Source: Gemmatimonadales bacterium (GTDB lineage Bacteria; Gemmatimonadota; Gemmatimonadetes; Gemmatimonadales; GWC2-71-9). From it: DNA of 64,000 nucleotides. Below are positions 1 through 10,058 of the stretch, in pieces. Each line of letters starts with the position of its first letter. The stretch's first letter is position 1. The position numbers and the translations under genes are program-made. Under the pieces are notes generated by a model. That model was not told the DNA's origin and searched no databases. It saw only the letters and a program-made list of their open reading frames with translations. The stretch is taken from assembly GCA_041615815.1 (NCBI GenBank), contig JBFJCP010000015.1:41605-105604 (forward strand). The letters are read 5' to 3'.

Positions 1-1896
<1,896 letters not shown>

Positions 1897-1926
1897 ATCG
1901 GGCATCCGCCAGATCGAAGATCGGAA

Positions 1927-1957
1927 GAGGCTCGGCAGGCAGCGCCTGCCGGGCCTC
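1927..1957 (+). terminator. GC-rich hairpin after the TonB receptor (possible terminator or stabiliser)
   Basis: GAGGCTCGGCAGGC-AGC-GCCTGCCGGGCCTC: 14-bp stem with one G-U pair; no U-tract. Confidence 0.45.
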
Positions 1958-2115
1958 GCTATATCGACGGCGAAAATAGTCGGCCACGGCATGAAGCGAG
2001 CCGTGGGGCCGCTCACCTGCCGACACCCACCGCCGCGTGTCTCGCGCCCGCCGACCCCGCCGACTACCTTATCGCGACCCCGACCTGTAGTCACTTGCCG
2101 GAGGACCGCACGTCC

Positions 2116-5100
2116 ATGAATACGTTCCCGGGCTCTGCCCTCACCACGCTCTCGTTCGCACTGACCTGCCTCGTGGCACCCACACTGCTGGCGCAACAGG
2201 TCACTCCGGAGACCGTTCATGGCCTCCAGTTCCGTAATATCGGTCCAGCCACTATGAGTGGTCGGGTGGTGGATCTCGCCGTCATCGATGCCAACCCGTC
2301 CACCTTCTATATCGCAGCAGCCACTGCCGGCGTGTGGAAGACGGTGAACAATGGCATCACCTTCGAGCCGGTGTTCGCGCACGAAGGCAGCCATTCCATT
2401 GGCGACATTGCCGTGAGTCAGACGGATACCAACATCGTGTGGGTGGGAACCGGAGAGCGAGCCAACCGTCAATCCAGTGGATGGGGAGACGGAGTCTACA
2501 AGTCCACCGATGGCGGGAAGACATGGCAACACATGGGACTTCGCGACAGTCACCACATTGGACGAATCGCGATTCACCCCCGAGACCCCAACGTCGTGCT
2601 CGTCGCCGCCATGGGACACCTCTGGGGCTCCAACGACGAACGCGGACTCTACCGCACCACCGACGGTGGTGCCACGTGGGAACGGGTCATCCGTGTCGAT
2701 ACGCTCACGGGAGTCGTGGATGTGGCCATCGACCCCGAGGAACCGAACGTCATGTACGCGGCGTCGTACCAGCGGATGCGGAGACCGTACGGCTTCGATG
2801 GCGGCGGCCCTGGAAGCGCGCTCTGGAAATCCACAAACGGCGGCAGCACGTGGCATACGCTCACGGCGGGACTCCCGAGCGGTGAGAAAGGCCGCATGGG
2901 CATCTCGATCTATCGCAAGGATCCGCGGATCGTGTACGCCTCCGTGGAGCAGGGATATCGCTACAACGCATCCACGCAGTACACCGAGCGGGCGGCCGGC
3001 GTCTATCGCTCGGAGGACAAGGGCGAGACCTGGCAACACATGAGTGATTGGAACCCTCGGCCCATGTATGCCAGCCAACCGCTCGTAGACCCCAATGACG
3101 ACCAGCGGATCTACATGCAGAACTCGTTTTCATATTCGGACGACGGGGGGAAGACGTTTACACGAGCCCGTCAATCGCTCCATGGTGACGATCGGATCCT
3201 GTGGGTGAACCCCCACGATTCGCGTCACGTGATCAAGGGAGACGACGGCGGCCTCGGTATCTCCTACGACCGCGCCAAGACCTGGTTGTACCAAACGGCG
3301 CTACCCATCAGCCAGTTCTATCGGGTCTCGGTGGACAATCGACAGCCGTATTGGGTCTATGGCGGACTCCAGGACAACGGTACGTGGATGGGCCCGTCGG
3401 CCACATATTTGAACGCCGGGATTCGCTTCGAGGACTGGTTTCGATTGGGTGGCGGCGACGGCTTTCAAGCAAGACCAGACACCGTGGACAACCGGACCGT
3501 CTACGTCGAATCACAGTACCTGGGGCTCGCCCGCGTGGATCTCGAGACCCGCGAGCGCAAAGACATTCGGCCGGGTGACCCTCGCGGCGCGATAGCGGCA
3601 CGCCGCAATTGGGATGCGTGGGGACCGGGCACCCCGGAGCCTGAGCTTGGCAATGCGATGGCGCCGGCCAACTGGGACGGGCCATACATCATCTCTCCGC
3701 ACGACCACCGCACCCTGTACGCGGGGACCAATCAGCTCTGGAAGAGCACCGATCGTGGCGACACCTGGGTCTCGCTCGGTGATCTCACGACCAAAGTGAA
3801 TCGACGTGAGCTTCGGATCATGGGCCGGCGTGCCCGGGATTCGACGCCCTCGCTCGACGATGGCATTCCTTATTATCCCACCCTGACGGCCATTGCAGAG
3901 TCACCCCTCGTCCGGGGTGTCCTGTACGTCGGCACCGACGACGGCAACCTCCAGGTGTCACGCGACGACGGAAAAACCTGGCAAAACGTAATCGATCGCG
4001 TGCCGGGAGCCCCTCGATCCCCCTGGATCAACGGACTCGAGCCCTCACGCCACGCGGCGGGCACGGTGTACCTGACGATCGACAATCATCGAAACGACGA
4101 CTACGGAAACCATGTGTATCGATCCACGGACTACGGCCAATCGTGGATCTCCATCGCCGGCGATTTGCCACCTCGGCGGGCAACGCGAACGCTTAGGGAA
4201 GATCTCCGGAATCCCACCGTGCTCTATTTGGGGACGGAGCTCGGACTTTTTTATACGAACGACGGCGGGCGACACTGGGTGGAGCTCAGGGGTAACATGC
4301 CGACGGCCGCGTTCAACGATCTGGTGATCCACCCACGGGAGAACGATCTCGTTCTTGGCACGCACGGACGCGGGATCTGGATCCTGGACAAGATCAATGC
4401 CCTCCAAGAGCTGACGCCCCAGGTCCTGTCCTCGCCGGCACACCTATTTACGCTCGAGCCCGCCCACCAAATCCGCTACTCTCGCGAAACCGGACACACG
4501 GGCGACATGATCTTCCGTGGCCCAAACCCACCGTCCGGCGCCATTATCGACTACCACCTGCTTTCGGCCGAGCCCAAGAACCGCGTATCCATCACGATTG
4601 TCGGGGCCAACGGACGCGAAGTGAACCGCATCGACCCCGACACCACCGCTGGGCTCAACCGGGTCATTTGGAACCTCCGGTATGCCGATATTGTGGTGCC
4701 CGATGAGGATGACGAGGAGGAGTCGGGTTTCGGACCACCCCGCCGCATCCGCGGTCCGTGGGTTCTCCCCGGCACCTATTCAGTGCAGCTGACCGTGGGA
4801 GACATGGTGCAAGAGCAACGGCTGGCTGTCCGACAAGACCCCAGACACGACGTGCGGCAAAGCGATTTGGTGGCCTGGCACGACACGATGACGGTGCTGG
4901 CCGGGCTCATCGGCCCGTTCTCACCGATGGTGGACAGCGTTCGGCAGGTACAGGCGACCATCGATAGCCTCCCGGAGGACCAGAGGCGGCGTCACCAGCA
5001 AGCGAAACAGCTCGCGGATTCGATCGCTCCGATGCTCATCGAGCTTCGAAGCCGTCTCTTCCGCTTGTACGGCGAGATCGATGGCTGGACGGGGCGCCCC

Positions 5101-5193
5101 ACCGCCGATCAGTACGCGCAGCTCGCGTACTATCGGGGCTGGATCGATCGCCTCACACCGCAGGCGCGGCGACTCCTGCGAATGCCGCTCTAA
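2116..5193 (+). CDS. Secreted BNR/Asp-box repeat (VPS10/sortilin-like) beta-propeller, putative glycosyl hydrolase
   Basis: Signal peptide; FRNIGPATMSGRV start motif; many S/T-x-D-x-G-x-T/S-W Asp-boxes; GGLQDNG; helical C-terminus. GGAGG upstream of ATG 2116. Confidence 0.9.
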   Translation: MNTFPGSALTTLSFALTCLVAPTLLAQQVTPETVHGLQFRNIGPATMSGRVVDLAVIDANPSTFYIAAATAGVWKTVNNGITFEPVFAHEGSHSIGDIAVSQTDTNIVWVGTGERANRQSSGWGDGVYKSTDGGKTWQHMGLRDSHHIGRIAIHPRDPNVVLVAAMGHLWGSNDERGLYRTTDGGATWERVIRVDTLTGVVDVAIDPEEPNVMYAASYQRMRRPYGFDGGGPGSALWKSTNGGSTWHTLTAGLPSGEKGRMGISIYRKDPRIVYASVEQGYRYNASTQYTERAAGVYRSEDKGETWQHMSDWNPRPMYASQPLVDPNDDQRIYMQNSFSYSDDGGKTFTRARQSLHGDDRILWVNPHDSRHVIKGDDGGLGISYDRAKTWLYQTALPISQFYRVSVDNRQPYWVYGGLQDNGTWMGPSATYLNAGIRFEDWFRLGGGDGFQARPDTVDNRTVYVESQYLGLARVDLETRERKDIRPGDPRGAIAARRNWDAWGPGTPEPELGNAMAPANWDGPYIISPHDHRTLYAGTNQLWKSTDRGDTWVSLGDLTTKVNRRELRIMGRRARDSTPSLDDGIPYYPTLTAIAESPLVRGVLYVGTDDGNLQVSRDDGKTWQNVIDRVPGAPRSPWINGLEPSRHAAGTVYLTIDNHRNDDYGNHVYRSTDYGQSWISIAGDLPPRRATRTLREDLRNPTVLYLGTELGLFYTNDGGRHWVELRGNMPTAAFNDLVIHPRENDLVLGTHGRGIWILDKINALQELTPQVLSSPAHLFTLEPAHQIRYSRETGHTGDMIFRGPNPPSGAIIDYHLLSAEPKNRVSITIVGANGREVNRIDPDTTAGLNRVIWNLRYADIVVPDEDDEEESGFGPPRRIRGPWVLPGTYSVQLTVGDMVQEQRLAVRQDPRHDVRQSDLVAWHDTMTVLAGLIGPFSPMVDSVRQVQATIDSLPEDQRRRHQQAKQLADSIAPMLIELRSRLFRLYGEIDGWTGRPTADQYAQLAYYRGWIDRLTPQARRLLRMPL

Positions 5194-5759
5194 GCACTCA
5201 CCCCGGGAGCGAGCCCGAGGCTAGTCAGAATCTCCTCCGCACGTGCCCGGAGTCCCGCGGCAGCGTGCACGGCGTCCAACAGCTTCCCATCGGCGGCGGC
5301 TTTGGACGCCTCCCGCAAGCCTTCCGCGATTTCCTGGGCGGCCGTCTTCGCACTGGCGAGTTGCTCCCCGGTGATGGTCCCGCTCCCGGGACCTCGCGCC
5401 ACCCGCTCTTCGATGGCCTTCACCATGGTGGATACGCTGTCGCGAACCGCGGCCCAACTCGTTTCCAGCTCTTTTCGGTTGGCGGTCGCCGCCCTACCCA
5501 CCTGGGCAGCCAGCTCCACGGCACGTTCCGCACTCCGGACCGCTCCACGATAGTTCTCTTGTGCAAGATGCTCGCGCGCCGCGCTGTACTCGTCCATCAC
5601 CACCTTGAACTCATCTGGGGCGTAGCGAATCGCATACGCGTGCACATCGGTGATCGCCCGCTCGGCCTGAGCGATCGCTGCACGGGCCGCGTCGGACGAA
5701 GATCCCCCACACGCGATGAGTAGTCCGGCCGCCACCGCGGCCATCCAGCCTGTCTTCAT
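5190..5759 (-). CDS. Alpha-helical lipoprotein (DUF4398-like)
   Basis: MKTGWMAAVAAGLLIAC lipobox; Ala-rich helices with RYAPDEF. Its stop overlaps the stop of the convergent gene. Confidence 0.7.
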   Translation of the reverse strand: MKTGWMAAVAAGLLIACGGSSSDAARAAIAQAERAITDVHAYAIRYAPDEFKVVMDEYSAAREHLAQENYRGAVRSAERAVELAAQVGRAATANRKELETSWAAVRDSVSTMVKAIEERVARGPGSGTITGEQLASAKTAAQEIAEGLREASKAAADGKLLDAVHAAAGLRARAEEILTSLGLAPGVSA

Positions 5760-5928
5760 GATTGTCACCTTGTCCAATGGCGACCGCATGGTACTACGGC
5801 ACTCACACGGAGCGCTAGGGCAGTTCCAGTTCCAGGGGGTCGCAACCACCAGCACTGCATCGAGGGTTGCCGAAACTCGGACGTTCCCCCCACCGTAGAC
5901 ATTGATAGACCTTGCCCGCGAGGAAGCG

Positions 5929-8325
5929 ATGGACACCCTCCGCCAGGATCTCCGGTTCGCCGTTCGTTCCCTGCGATCCCGCCCTGGCCTCACGCTGCTG
6001 GCCGTGATTTGCCTGGGCATCGGGATCGGCGCCAACACGGCCATCTTCTCGCCCGTCGACGTCTTCATGCTCCGGTCTCTGCCCTATGAAGACGCACATC
6101 GGCTCGTCGTCACGTGGAACACCAACGAGGAACGGGGCTGGACCGAGGTCAGTCTCTCGGCGCCGGACTTTCTCGACTACCGGGCCCAAAGCCAGACCGT
6201 GGACCTAGCAGCGTACACGGGACGGAGCTTCAACCTCTCGGGTGATGGCGCTCCGGAGCGCCTGGTGGGCGATGCCGTCTCGCACAATTTCCTTCGCGTG
6301 CTGTCCACCAGACCGTTCCTCGGACGAGGGTTCACCCCCGAGGACGAACGGCCGGACGCTGCTCCCGTGGCGGTATTGAGCAATCGGCTGTGGCAGCGCC
6401 GCTTCGGGGGTGAGGAGACGGTGATCGGCACGCCACTGCGATTAGACGGCAAGATGTTCACCATCGTGGGCGTGCTGCCCGCGGGCTTCGATTTTCCCAG
6501 CACCCAGACGGACCTCTTCACTCCGCTCACGTTCGACGGCGCGGAGGTGCGGAACAGCCACTACCTCGAGGCCATCGGTCGTCTCGCGCCGGGCACGACG
6601 CTCGACGAGGCGCGGGCGGAGCTGTCCGCGCTCGCGAGTCGACTCGCTATTGCCTATCCCGAAACCAACACGGGGAACGGCATCCGGGTCTTGTCGCTGC
6701 GAGACCAGCTGTTCGGCCCCGAGTTCCGGGAGGCGACGACTATCGCTACCATCGCGGTGGCGCTCTTGCTGCTCATCGCAGCCGCCAACGTGGCCAATCT
6801 CCTCCTGGCACAGACCGCCGTTCGGGAACGGGAGATCGCGGTTCGCGCCGCGCTTGGAGCAGGCCGGGGACGCATCGTGCGCCAGCTCTTGACGGAGAGC
6901 ATGATCCTCGGACTCCTAGGTGGTACGCTGGGTCTCGCACTCGCCTACCCTGGCGTCAAAGGCCTCGTCGCAATCATGCCAGATTGGTTCCCTCGCGTGG
7001 AGGAGATCGGTATCGATGCCCGCGTGGTCGCCTACGGATTTGGGATCACCTTATTGACCAGCCTGCTCGCCGGTCTCGCACCCGCACTGCAGACTGCGCG
7101 CCAGGACCTCCGATCGTCGCTTCACGAGAGCGGCCGCAGCGCCGCCTTCGGCCGGCGGGGGACCCGCCTACGGAACGTCTTCGTTACCGGGCAATTGGCC
7201 CTGGCGGTGACGCTGTTAGTGACATCGGGTCTCCTGATCAAGGGGTTCCGGCAGCTGAGCCAGGTGGACCTCGGCTATGACCCGACGGGGGTCTTGACGT
7301 TCCGCACCACGATGCCGGAGACGAAATATCCCGAAGGCCCCGATCAGTGGCGCTTCACCCGGCTGTTGGTCGAGCGTCTGGCCGCCGTTCCCGGTGCTCA
7401 AGTAGTTGCAGCGACGAGTCGGCTGCCCATGACGGGAACCTCGGGAACGTATTACCAAGTGGAAGGCGAGGACGTGCCGGAAGGCCAACGCCCAGTGGTT
7501 GGGTTTCGCTCCGTGACTCCCGAGTACTTCGATGCGTTGGGTATCGGTATCCTGCGAGGACGAAATCTCCGATACGCCGACGACGATCAGGCGCCGTTGG
7601 TCATCCTGGTCAACGAGGCCCTGGTGCGCCGTCATTGGCCCGAGGCCGATGCCCTTGGCAAACGCCTCGAATTCTATAGTGGAACGCGGGAGATCGTCGG
7701 TGTGGTGCCGGATATTCGCGAGTCCGGCCTCGAGCAAGATGCTCCGGGACCCATGGTCTATTTCCCAGGCGCCCAGTCGCCGTTTCGATTCGCGGGGTTC
7801 CTCGTGCGCGCCACCGGTGAGCCGCTCGCCCTGGTGAGCGAGGTACGGAGCGCTGTGACCGGCACGGACCCAGACCAACCCATTTACGACATCCAGACGT
7901 TGGAGCGCCGCATGCGCGAAGACATCCGCGCGAACGGAGTGCTGTCCCAGGTCATGCTGGTGCTGGGTGCGATCGCCCTCTTGCTGGCGGTGATCGGTGT
8001 ATACGGCGTCATGTCCTACGCCGTGAGTCAGCGCAGACAGGAAATCGGGGTGCGGATGGCACTCGGCGCCCGCGCCCGCGATGTCGTGGGAATGGTCGTG
8101 CGTCAAGGAGGCCGAACGGCAATCATCGGGGCCGCGATCGGGCTCCTGCTTGCCGTGGGCGTGAGTCGAGCGATGAGCATTTTCCTGTTTGGCGTGCGCC
8201 CGCTGGATCCGGTGACGTTTGGCGGCGCAGCGCTCATTCTGGCCGTGGCCACGGTCCTGGCAAGCTATCTCCCGGCGCGGCGGGCGGCGCGGGTGGATCC
8301 GCTCATTGCGTTGCGGGCGGACTGA
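5929..8325 (+). CDS. Duplicated MacB/FtsX-type ABC transporter permease (ADOP-like)
   Basis: MDTLRQDLRFAVRSL start; GIGANTAIFS; AANVANLLL-REIAVRAALGA; EIGVRMALGA; PARRAARVDPLIALR end. Confidence 0.95.
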   Translation: MDTLRQDLRFAVRSLRSRPGLTLLAVICLGIGIGANTAIFSPVDVFMLRSLPYEDAHRLVVTWNTNEERGWTEVSLSAPDFLDYRAQSQTVDLAAYTGRSFNLSGDGAPERLVGDAVSHNFLRVLSTRPFLGRGFTPEDERPDAAPVAVLSNRLWQRRFGGEETVIGTPLRLDGKMFTIVGVLPAGFDFPSTQTDLFTPLTFDGAEVRNSHYLEAIGRLAPGTTLDEARAELSALASRLAIAYPETNTGNGIRVLSLRDQLFGPEFREATTIATIAVALLLLIAAANVANLLLAQTAVREREIAVRAALGAGRGRIVRQLLTESMILGLLGGTLGLALAYPGVKGLVAIMPDWFPRVEEIGIDARVVAYGFGITLLTSLLAGLAPALQTARQDLRSSLHESGRSAAFGRRGTRLRNVFVTGQLALAVTLLVTSGLLIKGFRQLSQVDLGYDPTGVLTFRTTMPETKYPEGPDQWRFTRLLVERLAAVPGAQVVAATSRLPMTGTSGTYYQVEGEDVPEGQRPVVGFRSVTPEYFDALGIGILRGRNLRYADDDQAPLVILVNEALVRRHWPEADALGKRLEFYSGTREIVGVVPDIRESGLEQDAPGPMVYFPGAQSPFRFAGFLVRATGEPLALVSEVRSAVTGTDPDQPIYDIQTLERRMREDIRANGVLSQVMLVLGAIALLLAVIGVYGVMSYAVSQRRQEIGVRMALGARARDVVGMVVRQGGRTAIIGAAIGLLLAVGVSRAMSIFLFGVRPLDPVTFGGAALILAVATVLASYLPARRAARVDPLIALRAD

Positions 8326-8334
8326 CCGCGATTC

Positions 8335-8820
8335 CTACCGCTTCATTCGCCAGGAGCCGTTCCACGAGATGACCAGTCGCCCGTCAGGATACTGGGATTG
8401 CACCGCGGTCGTGCCACCGCCTTCGATACCCGCGTACTTCCCACGACCGCCCATGAACCCCCAAGTGTTCTCCGTCGGGCTGTTCTTCCACCAGATCCAC
8501 CACATATCGCCGTCCCGATCGGTCCCTTCACAGTAGCCGTAGCCGGAGATCACTTGGCCCTCGGCGGACACGATGCTGGAACCGGGGCAGTCCTGCGCGC
8601 TCAGGTGGAACGGCACGCTGGGATCACTCGCGAGCACCACCCCCCTGAGATACGAGCGCTGCAGCATCGTTCCATCCGAGAGCTCGACCATTTCCATGGC
8701 ATCGGGGACGTAGGTCACCGTTCCCGAGCCCCGCATCGCTTGTCCATGCAGCTCAGAGGACGATAGGCCGATCAAGGTGAAGACCAGGAATGAAATACCG
8801 ATGAGGGTGCCGAAACGCAT
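8335..8820 (-). CDS. Secreted hypothetical beta-rich protein
   Basis: Signal peptide, two Cys, GGRGKYAGIEGGG motif; AAGGAG upstream. Confidence 0.7.
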   Translation of the reverse strand: MRFGTLIGISFLVFTLIGLSSSELHGQAMRGSGTVTYVPDAMEMVELSDGTMLQRSYLRGVVLASDPSVPFHLSAQDCPGSSIVSAEGQVISGYGYCEGTDRDGDMWWIWWKNSPTENTWGFMGGRGKYAGIEGGGTTAVQSQYPDGRLVISWNGSWRMKR

Positions 8821-8931
8821 CACCAGCTCCTTGTGGGCAAGGGCGAACCCGACGCTCGCGGCCGGCTAATATGGTGGCGAGACCGACAACGGCAAGGTCA
8901 GCGGACCAAGAGGCCGGGCTCGCCGTCCTGT

Positions 8932-9876
8932 CTATTGGATTCCTTTGGAGGTCGCCGATGGTGCGAGCTCCATCTGCGCTTCTGGTTCTTCCGCGTTCTC
9001 CGGCCCCTCTGCCGCCCTCGCTGCCCCCGCCGCCTTTCGATAGAACCGCTCACACTCATTCTCCCGCCCACGCACGATGCGCTTTCCTTCGAGCGGGCCC
9101 CAGCGGGACGTGATCACAGTGTTCGTGTGCTCTCCGTGACCGCCGTCGTGATAGAGCACCACCCAATCATGAGTCCGGCCGAGCCGGTGGGCGCGGGCCG
9201 TATTCGAGAACAGGGCCGTGTATTCGCGGTTCCCGCGCTGGGTGTGCAAGATCGGCAACCATGCTTCCCGTGCGGGATTGAATCGATGCGGGGCAATGCG
9301 TCGAAGCCCACCCGCCTCGGCCTGGGCGCGGTACTCGGCATCCACATCCAGCAGTTCGGAAACGGGGGGACGGTCCTCGACGGGCCGTGGTGCTGCGTCT
9401 CGGACTCGCCCGAGGCGAGTGGCGAGGCTATCGCGGATGCCGGTCAGACGCTTGTCACCGATCCCGCCGATGTCTCTAAGCCGCCCGTCATGCGCGGCCA
9501 TTTCCAGTTCCTCGAGGGAATCGATACCCAGATCCTCGTGCAGGCGATGCGCGAATCGCTCGCCGATGCCGGGAACGGTCATGAGCAGCGCAATGGGATC
9601 GTGCTCGCCCCGCAGCCGGTCGAGCATCGGGATGCGACCCAGCACGATGAGGTCGCGAATGGCGCCGGCAATGCTGCGCCCAATGCCCGGGAGTGCCTCG
9701 AGCCCAGCCACACCCTCTTCGCGATAGATCCCGACGACCGATCGGTGTTCGTGCCGCAGCGTATTGGCGGCGCGATGATACGCCTGGACACGAAACGGAT
9801 TCGCCCCCTGCTCCTCGAGCAGGAGCGCGACCTCGTCCAGCCGACTCGCGATGGTCGCATTCTGGATCTTCGGCAT
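8932..9876 (-). CDS. Helix-hairpin-helix protein: PolX-like N-terminal domains without polymerase palm or PHP domain
   Basis: NATIASRLDEVA..GANPFRVQAYHRAA (PolX 8-kDa domain); HhH motifs LPGIG, VPGIG and IGGIG; unrelated C-terminal domain. Confidence 0.85.
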   Translation of the reverse strand: MPKIQNATIASRLDEVALLLEEQGANPFRVQAYHRAANTLRHEHRSVVGIYREEGVAGLEALPGIGRSIAGAIRDLIVLGRIPMLDRLRGEHDPIALLMTVPGIGERFAHRLHEDLGIDSLEELEMAAHDGRLRDIGGIGDKRLTGIRDSLATRLGRVRDAAPRPVEDRPPVSELLDVDAEYRAQAEAGGLRRIAPHRFNPAREAWLPILHTQRGNREYTALFSNTARAHRLGRTHDWVVLYHDGGHGEHTNTVITSRWGPLEGKRIVRGRENECERFYRKAAGAARAAEGPENAEEPEAQMELAPSATSKGIQ

Positions 9877-10058
9877 GACACAGCTCCGGCAATGCCCGAA
9901 GCAAACGTCGGTGCTGCAGCGTGAATGAATGGTTAAGGGGATTGCAATGAGTCTTGGTGACGAGGGAAGAAGTGGAAGCGGAGGTACATCGGTTCGTGAA
10001 GGCGAAGGAGCCGAACTGGATCCCTGGCCTCCCCCCGCTTCTTCCACCCTTGCGACCC

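Noticed and set aside
9897..9920. Possible sigma54 promoter before the HhH gene
   Set aside because: It lacks the invariant GG at -24 and the spacing is wrong.
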